Source: Cetorhinus maximus (Eukaryota). From it: a stretch of 64,000 nucleotides of DNA. A model generated the notes under the pieces. It saw nothing but the letters and a program-made list of their open reading frames with translations, was not told the origin of the DNA and did not search any database. Below, one piece after another: positions 18,601 to 29,795 of the stretch. A program made the position numbers and the translations under genes. The stretch covers positions 17,918,001 through 17,982,000 of the forward strand of contig NC_135890.1 in assembly GCF_964194155.1 (NCBI RefSeq), read 5' to 3'. The first letter of the stretch is position 1, and each line of letters opens with the position of its first letter.

Positions 18601-21600
18601 CTCACCTCAGAAGGTCATGGGTCCAAGTCCCACTTCAGCGATTCGAGCACAAAATCTAGGCTGATACTTCAGAGCAGAACTGAGGGAGCACAGCACTGTC
18701 AGAGATGCCATCTTGACGTTAAACCGAAGCCCTGACTGCCCTCTCAGGTGAAGGTAAAAAAATACCGCAGCACTGCTGGAAGAACAGGGGGTATCTCACC
18801 ATTGCCCTGAGGCAATCTTTATCTCTCAGCCAACTTTATTACAACAGATTATCTGGTCATTTAACTCATTGCTATTTGTGGAGCCTTGCTCTGTGCAAAT
18901 TGACTGCATTTTGCTACATTTCAACAGTGACTATATCTTAAAGTACCTTGTTATGGGACATACTGGGATCATGAAAGGGTGCTATAAATACGCAAGTTCT
19001 TTTCTTTCTTAATAATTAATCAAAGGCCCAAAAATGAAATACTGGCACTGATACCTGCCCTCTTTGTAGGGATCAGGTCCTCCGGATAACGCCAAGAGAT
19101 GAAGAACAGGCGAGCCTAGTGATGTCCTTGGAGGATCAGGAGCATCTCCAGGTGAGTCAAACTGTAAATCGGCACCTTTCACCATAAGCTATAGAGGGAG
19201 CTACAAACACATGAACTCTTCATCAGTGGCCAGCCCATGGCATTGCTGAAAGATAGACTAAAGTCTACATCATCATTCCAATGTTTCAGTGTTAATCTGT
19301 CCTGCTCCTTTAAGACTGCCATTCAAACTGGCCTCATCAGGTTTTGACGCTACTTATAAACTGTTGGGACCAGAGATTAGTTCCAACAGGTTGTAAATGT
19401 CAGGCTCTAAGTCAAAAAATGACTTTCTCCCCCTTTTTTAAATTTCCTTTGCCCGTGTAGCGAAACAACAACTTATATTTATATACCGCTCTTAACGTGA
19501 TGAAATATCCTAAGGCTTCACAGATGCATTATCAAACAAAATGTGACACTGAGCCAAATAAGGAGATATTGGGTCAGATGACCAAAAGTTTGGTCAAAGA
19601 GGAAGTTTTTAAGGAGTGTCTTAAAGGAGGAAAGTGAGGTGAAGAGGTGTAAGGAGGGAATTCCTGAGCTTAGGGTCTAGGCAGCTGAAGGCACGACCAC
19701 CATTGCTGGAGCAAAAGAGACCAGAATTAGAGGGGTACAGATATCTCAGAGGATTGTGGGGCTGGAGGAGATTACAGGGGTAGAGTGGGCAAGGGCATGG
19801 AGGGATTTGAAAACAAGGTATGACTCTGGTGTGTGATGGGGATGATCAGTAACTGATCGATTTTCCTTCCTGTTATATTTCCTGTCACTGAAGTAGAATA
19901 AAGCTGGGTTCAGATGACTTACAGTGTGAAAACTCTTACGGTAAATTCAGCAGCTTATCATTGGGATCTGGCCAACCAATTACACACGGTGACTAGCAAC
20001 ATTGTGTGGAAACATCTGTTTTTTGAACAAAACCTTGCTTCAGATGCCGTATATTGCTGTACACTAGTCAACAAGTCGTTGCCAGGAAATGTAGCCTATA
20101 TTATATAATGTTCTGCAAATATATATTCTATATGTTAAACATAACCACAATTGTCCTCTCCCTCTCTCTCCAGCTTGATATATGGCACAGTCCCATGAAG
20201 TCTGACCTCATTATAGATATCCATGTTCCGGAGAACAGCCTTCAGTCTTTCAAAGTGTTTCTGGAGCACAATGGTATTCAGTACTCAGCGATGATTGAAG
20301 ACTTGCAGGTATGACACTAAACCACATTAAGCCAAATAGAGGGGCTACAATTGGGCTCAGTTTCCTGGGTCAGAGAGGGAGATATTTGACCAGGTTTCCC
20401 ATTCTTAATTTTATTCCAGTGGCCCCTGCTGTACATGTCTGTGACTGGGCTGTGTGGAAGCCTATGCAAGTGTCTGTGTATATGAGCTATGTGTGAGGGC
20501 CTATGTGTGAGTAGAGATATGTGTAAGTATATGCAAATATGTGTCAGTGGCATGTGTGTGACTGCATGTACTTGGTTGTGAGTGTAGACTGTTTGCAGGG
20601 GGGTGGTGGTGGTGTGTGTGTGTGTGTCTAGTGGATGTGACCATGTGCATGAGGTTATGCAAATGGGGGAGTGCATAGTGTTCTGTGTTCATGTGGGGGG
20701 TAGGTACATGTGAGTAGCGGTGGGTGTTTGGAGGTTTTTGGGGTATGTGTATTTGTGAACAGGTTTGTGTGTGTTTACATTTGTATGAAGTGGGTATGTG
20801 ACTTTGTAGTGGTGTGCGTGTGTGGAATGTGTGTTTGGGTGTGTATGAAGTATAAGTATATGTGCATAAGTATATGTGAGTAGAGCTGTGTGTTTGGGGG
20901 CACATGGGGTGTGTATATATGTGAACAGTGGTGTGTAGGGTGTGTGTGTGTCTGGAAGGATGTATGAAATGTCAGATAAGAACAATATTAGATGAGAACA
21001 GCTGGCCCGTCATGTCTGCAGCATTGGATAACCTGCTGAGCTAGAGATGAAGGAAGAAAATAGGTGGGAGAGAAAATGACTATTAGTGATACTGGTCTTC
21101 CCAACCAACATCACTAAAACAGATTATCTGGTCATTTACCTCATTGTTGGATGTGGGACCTTGCTGTGTGCAAACAGACTGCTGTATTTCTCTGCATTAC
21201 AACATTGACAACACTTGAAAAGTATTTTTGGGAAGCACTTAGGGATGTGCTGAGGGTGTGATACGTTCTGTATAAAGCCACATCTTACCTTTAGGTGCTG
21301 ATTGACGATGAGAAAGCTGAGCTGGAGCAGATGACCATGATGGAACATACCGCTTCCTCCTTCAGCTATGGCAAATACCACACTCTGGACGAGGTACACA
21401 CTCAGGGGTTTTACTGGGAAGGAGCTGCATCACATTTGTCTGCTGTGCTCTGACAACACAGTGACTGAGGGGGGGGTCTTGGGGGGGTGGGGGGGGGAGG
21501 GGGGTGATGTGGGGGGAGTGGTCAGAGGTAAAGTTGGGCACCAGCCAGCTCCTGATGCTCTTGGTCACTGCGTGCAGGTCTTGCAGATACAGTCGATGAA

Positions 21601-24600
21601 AGCATGAGGGAGGGTGGGACAGGGACAAGGAGAAGGGCAGGACAGTGCCCTCTAAGGCTCCTTTCATCTACAGACCTTTCACTGACTCTCCACTACAGGA
21701 ATACTTCCAGGAACACTCCAGACAATCTCATTTACACATCCCCAGCCACTTACTTTAGTTATTATGAAAGATCTGAATTGTCATTTACTAGTTAGATTGG
21801 TTAGTTAGTATGACCAGGGCTAGCTAGATTAGTTGGTGCAAATAGCCAAAGCTGGAGTGTTTTCAATCGCCGTCTTTCTTTCACGTGTTCCTTCCTCTCC
21901 TGTTCCTCTACACAGAAGTGCTAGTCTGCAATGTTTTGATTTATCTTTAACATTTGCGCCAGGTTTATAGTTGGATGGACAGTCTTGCTATTGAGTATCC
22001 AGGACTGGTAGAGAAGCAACAGATTGGGACATCGTTCGAAGGCCGCCCGCTCTATGTGTTAAAGGTATGGAAATGATTTGAAAGTAACTGGGGACTAATT
22101 ACACACTGGCCTCCCACCACCAGGTTCTCCACATCCAGCCAGGAGTGAGGGGTTGAACGTTGAATTTTTCTTCTTGCTGCCAACTGTTGGGGTTATTGGG
22201 CAGTTCCAACCCAGCCAGGGGGCTTGGGCCCAGTTATCATGTGGAGCCACTGGCATGATCATCAACCTAGGCCCAACTCTGGGCCTGTGCTCTAGGACCC
22301 AGCTTAACCAGAGAAGTCCCCAAGACCCGAATGTCCAACCAAGATTGTTCAGTTCTCACTGAAACAAGAAGAATTACTCTCCCTTTGGTGGGATTTAATC
22401 CAACACCAAGGCAGATAAAGCAATTTGAGCGAGTCAGACATGGACTGTAGGGTTGCCAACTCTAGTTGGACAAATTCCTGTAGATTTTACCAGTTCACCC
22501 AGGCAGACTACCTTTTTTAAATCCTTCACCGATGTTGTGTGTGGCACAATGGGAACCTGTTGGTAAATCCACTATGAAGGGCATGTTTCCATGAGGACAA
22601 AATTTCCTTGTTAGCGTTTGGGATATAAACTGTTGCTTGGGTGCAGTTTGGGGAAATTTGACTGGGGAGGATCATGAGCCTGTGACAGAGCCTGCCTCTG
22701 ATATTTGATCCATTTGAGTGGACAGGCAGACTGTATTATGGGCTGTGCTCTCAGTTTCCTCTCTGCTCCCCCAGACGACGCTTTAAGCCTGCCAAGTTCT
22801 AAGGGGGGAAATCTGCCCCCCCTCACTGCAGGGCCGTGTTCCTCCTTGTAACCATATCCTATTCACTTTGACAGTTCAGCACCGGTGGAACCAGACGCCC
22901 GGCGATCTGGATTGACAGTGGGATCCATGCCCGTGAGTGGGTCTCTCCTGCCAGTGCAATCTGGATGGCGAAGAAGGTAAACCAACCCATAATCAGTGGA
23001 GTTGTCAGGCGTGGTTAACACCCATGGCATCATAGATCAAACTGAGCCACACAGAGCAGGAAAGGTCTGGGGTCCCATTCCTGCTTTGTGCTCTGTTAGC
23101 TGACTTCAGTGCTTGGAGGCGATGGGGGGGTGGTGGGAGGGGAGGATGGGAGGAGGAAGGAGGGTTGGCCTCAGGACCCTGTGGAAGGGAGAGAAGCAGG
23201 GGAGCAATAGAGTCAGCATCAGCACCCTGGGGTTTGAGGATGGACAGAATTGTGAGGTTTTGTGTGACAGATGGAGATTGACTGACCCTGGTGGCTGGGT
23301 AGCTGTTTCCCCGCTCTCTGTTTATCTGTTTCTTGTTGCATCCCATTCACTGTCTCTCTTTATCTGTTTTTTCCCGTCTCACTTTCTTTCTCTTCATTTT
23401 ACTCTGTCTCACTTACTCTACTTCTTTATTTGTGCCTTGTTCTGTCTCACTCTCTTCTACCTTACTCTCTGTCTCACTTGCTATCGATCTAGCTATCTGT
23501 GACTTGTTCTATCTCACTATCTCTCTCTCTCTACGTTTTATCTACTTCACTCTATCTCCCTCTATCGGTTTCGCTCACTTGGTCTGTTTTTCTCTTCTCT
23601 CACTTGCTCTTTTTTCTCTTTGTTTGTCCCCACTATCAAGAGACAGATGAGGTTGTCGAGCATTTGCACTGTGCTGGATGGCACTGTGGGTTTTTTGCTT
23701 ATATTTGTTCATGGGGTGTGGGTGTCGCTAGCTAGGCCAGCATTTATTGCCCATCCCTAATTGCCCCTGAGAAGATGGTGGCGAGCTGCCTTCTTGAACC
23801 GCTGCAGTCCAGGTTCCTTGGGGTGTATGGTAACTGAGGTTTGCACACCTGGAATGCACCAAGTTTGATCCTTGAGCGATGTATGGCTGCTAATCTTTGT
23901 CGAAATTCAACCCAGTCCCAAATAACACTGAGGAAAAGAGCAGGGATCAAGCACAATTTGTTATATCACAAATTCTCTCTTTCAGATCTGCACTGACTAT
24001 GGCCAGGAACCTTTCATCACATCACTGCTGAGGAAAATGGACATCTATATGGAAATTGTGGTGAACCCAGATGGTTATGTTTATACCCACACCAAGGTCA
24101 GTACCCCAAGGGTTTCCAGCTTGACCGAACCACTCCGACATCTTCAAAATCTTGGGTTAGGCTCTGTCAATATTCACCACAAACGCTTAGCAGCTTCCGT
24201 TGGTCCCTTATGTGAAGGAATACAATCTTCATATGACTGAGCGATATGTTACGCTGTCAGTAATTACAGGTGATCTGGTCACTTATCACGCCACTGTTTG
24301 TGGGAGCTTGCTGTGCACGAATTGGCTGCTGCGTTTCCCTTATATTATAACCATCTTTTAAGAAAGTAACTTCATTGGTTGTAAAGTGGTTTGGGATGTC
24401 CTCAGGTCATGAAAGGCGCTACATAAATTGAAGTGCCTTCTATTTCTCCTGACCTCATGAAGATGCTGTAGTCGTTGCGCTCATGAGGATGCTGTAACAA
24501 CAACTTATATTTATATGACATTTTTAATGTGATAAGATGTCCCAAGGCACTTCATAGGAGCATTACAAAACAGAATATGACACGCATACTGAAGGAGATA

Positions 24601-27600
24601 TTAGATCACATGACCAAAAGCTTGGTCAAAGATCTTAAAGGAAGAAAGAAAGGTGGAAGTGGTATAGGGAGGGTATTCCAGAGCTGTGGGCCGAGGCAGC
24701 TGAAGGCATGGCCACCTATAGAGGATTGATTAAAACCAGGGATGCTCAAGATGCCAGAATTAGAGGAACGCAGATATCTTGGAGCGTTGTGGAGCTGGAG
24801 GAGATGACAGAGAAAGCAAGGGGCAAGGTCATGGAGCGATTTGAAAACATGGATGAGAATTTGAAAATTAAGATGTTGCTTGACCAGGAGCCAACATAGG
24901 TCAGCGAGCACAGGAGTGATAGGGGGACGGGACTGAGTGCGAGTTAAGACACAGGCAGCAGAGTTTTCGATAACTTCGAGTTTACGAAGGGTAGAATGTG
25001 GGAGACTAGCCAGGAGTGCATTGGAATAGTTGAGTCTGGTGTAATGCTGGTGTTCTGATAACATGACCTTTTTCTAGAACCGTATGTGGCGTAAGACCAG
25101 GTCCACAGCCCCTGGAAGGAAATGTGTCGGGGTCGATGCCAACAGGAACTTTGATGCTGGGTTTGGAGGTGCGTGAGATGATTTTGTTTTCTTCCTCCTT
25201 TAGCTCCATAAGAATATATGACCCTTAAGGCGCGTCCTGATGTCATCAGTTAGTGAATGCCAGAGAGCTATTTGACCACTGTAGGCATCACCACTGTGTC
25301 TAGTCTTGCCTTCACCTGACGCCTACACACAGACACCATACAATGGTTGGAGGAGGGGTGGGCTGAGGGAAACATGGTTTTCACTGGATAAGTCACCAGA
25401 AGTCAGAATCCTAGCTGAATATGGAATATGGAGACTGAGATCAGGTTAACTGAAGGCAGACAAATGGGTTCCAAAAGTTCATGTCAGGACTGTGGCTGGA
25501 AGTAAGAGAGTGCAGACTTCAGGTAGGGACAGGATCAAACTTGGTTTTGATGCCCCTGTTGTTGAATAGCTGGTCATTGCCCTTTGGGCAAGATAGTGGC
25601 ATGCACCAGTTCCTGGGAATTAGCAGCAGAGGAGGAAGAGGTGAGATGGGCTGAGAGCAATACAGAGGGACTAAGGTGTTTGTGTAAAGATTAATGACAG
25701 CTGCTGCCCATGTGACAGGTCCTGGAACCAGTAACAATCCATGCATGGAGACGTACCGTGGGCCCCACCCCAACTCTGAACCCGAGGTCGCGGCCATCGT
25801 GAACTTTGTGCGGAGACACAGAAACATCAAGAGCTTCATCACCATTCACAGTTACTCACAGCTCCTCATGTTCCCTTTTGGGTACAAGTGTGTGCACCCT
25901 GCTAATTACCAGGAGCTGGTAGGTCAAACCTTCTTTACAATCTTTATTGTCCACTTTTCTACATCACCCCCACCCCGCTGCCTCTTCCTCCATCTCCTAT
26001 GAATATTCCCCCATTTCTTGAGCAGGCTGGACCCATTGATGAGGTGAGGGGACTGTTTCACTGAAGCTGTGTCCCCTCCATTAACTCCTCCAAATGGCCA
26101 GTCTAATCAACGTCACCAGCAGGCCCAGTGCTGTCCTGGTCCCTGGCCTGCACTCCCATTAGGATGAGATGTTGAGGCCTTCCCTTCCCTCCCAGATGGA
26201 TGTAAAATATTCAGTGGTGGTCTTTGAAGGAGAGTGACGAATTCTTTTGGTTATTACAACAGTGACTGCACTTCATAAAGTACTTCATTGACTGTAAAAT
26301 GCTTAGGGATGCCCTGCAATCATGAAAAGTGCTAAATGAATTGAATTCTTTATTTTCTCTTTTGCACTTTGCTTTTTTTGCACTTTAGTAACTGGGGCTA
26401 TTTATACATAACCCACCTGCAAGATATTAAAAGGCCAGATAGAACCCATGATACAGTGGACTGTTTATGGGTCATGGGAGGAGTTTTGGCAGCACATTGG
26501 TTATGTTATTGGACTAGTAATCAGAATTCAATAAATCTGGAATAAAATAAAAAGCTAGTATCAGTAATGGTGACCATAAGACTACTAGATTGTTGTAAAA
26601 AACCCATCTGGCTCACTAGTATCCTTCAGGAAAGGAAATCTGCTGGCCAATTGTGGCTTCAGGCCCACAGCAATGTGGCTGATTCTTAACTACATTCTGA
26701 AATGACCTAGCATGCCACTCAGTTGTAATAGGGATGGGCAATAAATGCTGGCCTTGCCAGTGACACCCACATCCTGTGAATGATTAATAATAAAAATACT
26801 TCCCATTATAGAGGGGATAGCGATTAATGGTTGGGTAGATGACGCAGGGGCTAAGTGACCTTTTCTAGTTCTGCTCTCATTTTCCATGATCAGTGCTCCA
26901 GACTGGACCATGGGAAGGTGATTGGTGAAGTGTGCTGATTCTGTTTTCTCTCTGCAGGAGGCACTTGCTAAATCCGCTGTCAGCTCTTTAACCTCACTGT
27001 ACGGAACACGGTATAAGATCGGGTCTATCTGTGATGCAATCTGTAAGTACAATAACCGCGCCCAGTAACAGTTACATAGATGGGGCAAAAGCTGTCTTTT
27101 AGGGTCATCCTTGGCTGAATCTATAGCACTCTTTCCCCTGAGTCAGAAAGTCCCAGTCCAAGGTTCAAGTCCCAGGAAACTGAGCAGATAGTCCAGGCTG
27201 ACCCTCCAGTGCAGTGCTGAAGGAGTGCTGCAGTGTGGGAGGTGCCACCTTTCAGATAAGGCCCTGCATGCCCCATCAGGTGGAAGTTAAAAGATGTCAT
27301 AGCCCTATTTTCAAGAAATCTAGGGTACTCTCCCTGCTGTCCTGGCCAATATGTATCCCTCAACCAACAACACGAAAACAGATTATCTGCTTGTTCATCA
27401 TTGCTGTTTGTGGGAGCTGGCCATGGACAAATTGGCTGCCGCATTTCCTACATTACAACAGGTACTACACTTCAAAAGTCACTTAATTGGCTGTAAAATG
27501 CTTTGCGATGTCCTGAGGTTGTGAAAGGTGCTATATAAATGCAAATCTTTCTTTTGAATGAGGAAATGATAAGCTGTGATGACAAAACACTCTTAAGGCT

Positions 27601-27808
27601 TACGCTCTCCTTTTCCATTTCAGACCAGGCCAGCGGAGGCAGCATTGACTGGACATACAACGAGGGCATCAAGTACTCCTTTGCCTTTGAACTCCGTGAC
27701 ACCGGTCGCTATGGTTTCATGCTGCCATCCAGGCAGATTCTCCCAACTGCTGAGGAGACTTGGCTGGCGATGAGGACAATCATGGAGTACGTTAGCGACC
27801 GCTCATGA
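15557..27808 (+). CDS. CPA2: Procarboxypeptidase A2-like (M14A metallocarboxypeptidase), complete, 11 exons, 418 aa
   Basis: Exons 15557-15621, 19070-19151, 20174-20308, 21295-21393, 21963-22064, 22875-22976, 23986-24096, 25078-25168, 25719-25918, 26958-27042, 27624-27808 total 1257 nt in frame. Signal peptide and propeptide present. Zn ligands HARE and HSY, plus R127, N144-R145, Y248, I255 and E270 (bovine CPA numbering). A268 and the C210/C244 pair are CPA2-type. Orthology is inferred, not tree-tested. Confidence 0.9.
17040..17240. repeat. Degenerate minisatellite, about 50-bp unit, about 4 copies
   Basis: Recurring (aaag)gactgatcctggg.tt.acacc...ttgta.taa. Confidence 0.65.
17373..18443 (+). 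mobile_element. 5'-truncated Penelope-like retroelement (GIY-YIG endonuclease remnant plus pseudo-LTR)
   Basis: ORF 17635-17940 [40 protein letters not shown] is a PLE GIY-YIG motif. Perfect 15-bp TSD TGCTAAAATATATTT at 17358-17372 and 18444-18458. Confidence 0.9.
18339..18379 (+). ncRNA. Minimal hammerhead-like motif (CUGUUGA variant)
   Basis: tagtt-CTGTTGA-a-GGGTC(attca)GACTC-GAAAC-GTT-aactg. Confidence 0.55.
18595..19010 (+). mobile_element. Deu-type SINE copy
   Basis: Same family. Further partial copies at about 5560-5880, 21100-21290, 24270-24440, 26170-26345, 28510-28850, 41400-41575 and 43905-44130. Confidence 0.8.
19070..19151 (+). CDS. CPA2: CPA exon 2 (propeptide)
   Basis: [27 protein letters not shown]. 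Confidence 0.92.
20174..20308 (+). CDS. CPA2: CPA exon 3 (propeptide)
   Basis: [45 protein letters not shown]. Confidence 0.93.
20435..20950. repeat. TG-rich low-complexity tract
   Basis: Imperfect (TG)n. Confidence 0.75.
21295..21393 (+). CDS. CPA2: CPA exon 4 (activation linker and mature N-terminus)
   Basis: [33 protein letters not shown]. Confidence 0.92.
21963..22064 (+). CDS. CPA2: CPA exon 5
   Basis: [34 protein letters not shown]. Confidence 0.94.
22875..22976 (+). CDS. CPA2: CPA exon 6 (Zn-binding HxxE)
   Basis: [34 protein letters not shown]. Confidence 0.95.
23310..23630. repeat. TC-rich low-complexity tract
   Basis: Imperfect (TC/TCTA)n. Confidence 0.7.
23986..24096 (+). CDS. 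CPA2: CPA exon 7
   Basis: [37 protein letters not shown]. Confidence 0.95.
24497..25045 (-). mobile_element. L2-clade LINE 3' fragment
   Basis: [44 protein letters not shown]. Similar copies at about 7790-8290 (+), 10180-10450 (-), 19465-19820 (-), 45100-45530 (-) and 55090-55330 (+). Confidence 0.85.
25078..25168 (+). CDS. CPA2: CPA exon 8
   Basis: [30 protein letters not shown]. Confidence 0.95.
25719..25918 (+). CDS. CPA2: CPA exon 9
   Basis: [67 protein letters not shown]. Confidence 0.95.
26487..26795 (+). mobile_element. SINE-like element with the CR1 family A 3' tail
   Basis: Unique body, then gggatgggcaataaatgctggccttgccagtgacacccacatcctgtgaatga, near-identical to the CR1-A tail. 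Confidence 0.65.
26958..27042 (+). CDS. CPA2: CPA exon 10
   Basis: [28 protein letters not shown](Y). Confidence 0.94.
27125..27555 (+). mobile_element. tRNA-derived Deu-type SINE (SacSINE1-like)
   Basis: Head with B-box-like ggttcaagtccc, conserved core (ctggccaatat.tatccctcaacc..cagattatctg), and tail gaaaggtgctatataaatgcaa shared with L2. Confidence 0.8.
27624..27808 (+). CDS. CPA2: CPA exon 11
   Basis: [60 protein letters not shown]. Confidence 0.95.
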
Positions 27809-28003
27809 CCTTTATACCAATTGGGACAACATAGAGTTAGGGTTATGGCTAAACTTGTCCTTTGATGATCATTCATTATGTCAAACATGTTGTAATTTGC
27901 AACAACTCCCATTGAGCTGCTTCTGTTTTACTTGTATTTTTATCAATGCATTGTCATGAAAATGTATGAGCAAAACCCACCACCACCCCCCATCGTCAAA
28001 AAA

Positions 28004-28009
28004 AATAAA
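28004..28009 (+). terminator. Polyadenylation signal of the CPA gene
   Basis: First AATAAA, about 200 nt after the stop codon. Confidence 0.7.
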
Positions 28010-29489
28010 GATTAGAAAGGGACAATCCTGACTGATATTTGAAATTCAATCCTTTTAGACTGAGCTGAAAGTTTTCTTATTGGAAACAGAGACAAACAGG
28101 AACAAAATTGTCCTGAGTGGCTGAGGACTCTGGTGCTGCGTTTACCTCATATTATTGGGCAGTAGTTGTGTAAGGAAGTTTTAAAAAAAAGAGAAAAAAA
28201 CTTTCGGGATTGTAAGCGCTCATCCTCACAGAATAGCCTCCTGCAACACACTCCCCAATCACAAGTGAACCCTTCCCACCACTAATGAAACTACCCCTGA
28301 TCATTAATAAACCCTCCCGTAATCTTTAGTAACCCCCATTACTAGTAAACCAATCATTAAAACCTCTCCCCCAGTCACAGGTAACCTCTTCTCCCATTGC
28401 TGAAAAAAATAATTAACTTTCATTTTTTAGTACCTCTCACGCTCTCAGAAAACCCCAAAATAGCCAATAAAGTATTTTGCAAGCTGCAGTCCAGAGGTTT
28501 GGGCATAGTCCAGCCCAATATTCCAATGCAGTATTGAGGGAGTGTCACACCATCTGAGGTGCTATCATTCGGGTTAAACTGAGGCCTCATCTGCCCTTCT
28601 CAGGTTGATGTAGAAGATCCAATGGCTCTACTGAGAGAAGAGTAGGAGAGTTCTCCTGGTGTCCTGGCCAATATTTATCTCTCAACCAACAGCATTCAAA
28701 CAGATTATTTGGTCTTTGATATGTGCAACTTGCTGTATTTTCCTATATTAGACCAGTTATGATGTTTCAAAAGTACTTAATTGGCTATGAAACACTTGGG
28801 GAGGTTCTAAGGTTGTGAAAGGTGCTATACAAATGCAAGTCCTTTCTTTCTTATGAATTGCAGTTGCTGTTATTTTATAGGCAGTCAATTTGTATACAGC
28901 AAAGTCCTACCGGTACCATGAGGGAAGAGGCCAGTTAATCTGTTTTCCGGATATTGTTTGAGGGATAAATGTTGGTCAGGACACAGGGGGGAGCTGCCCT
29001 GTGCTTCAAATAATGCTATGGGATCTTTCACATTGAGCTAAACAGCTGGAGCAGGGCCTTGGTTTAACACAGTGGCAAAAGTGCAATCACTGAGCCAAGG
29101 CTGCCACTTAAACATCTCATTTGGAAGCTCTGAAAAAACTGCACTTCCTCAGTACTAGCGTGATGCCTAGATGGTTCTAAACCTCTGTGCTTCTCAGCCT
29201 CACTCTTGTCCTTTAAGACCCTTCTTAAAATCCATCACTTTGACGAACCTTTTGGGCTTCCTTCCGAATATCTCCTTCTTTGTCTCAAAGTTCACATTTA
29301 TTAGACTACACTCCTGTGAAGAGCTTTGGGACATTTCCCCACATCAAAGGGATTATATAAATGCAAGTTGATGTTGCTGTTGATAGTAGCAGACTGTAAA
29401 ATTTTGGCTGAATGGTTATCCTTAAATTAGGAAAGATATTGGTTGCCCCCCTAGCTCAGTGGATAAATAACCCGTTAGGTATGTTTTGA

Positions 29490-29795
29490 CAGCAGCTTCC
29501 AAATCCACAACCTTTACCACCTTGGAGGACAAGGGCAGCAACTGCATGGGAACACCACCACCTGGAAGTTCCCCTCCAAGTCACTTACCATCCTGACTTG
29601 GAAATATATCGCCATTCCTTCACTGTCGCTGGATCAAAATCCTGGAACTCCCCCCATAACAGCACTGTGGGTGTACCTACACCACATGGACTGCAGGTGT
29701 TCAAGAAGTTGGCTCACCTCCGCCTTCTCGAGGGTAATTAGGGGTGGGCAATAAAAGCTGGCCTGGCCTGTGATGCCCACACCTTGTGAATGAAT
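29490..29795 (+). mobile_element. CR1 family A 3' end
   Basis: Matches the shared tail; similar copies at about 23700-23815 (-), 55590-55930 (+) and 62975-63295 (+). Confidence 0.8.

Noticed and set aside
20317-20985. His/Thr-rich ORFs
   Set aside because: Translation of imperfect (CA)n sequence
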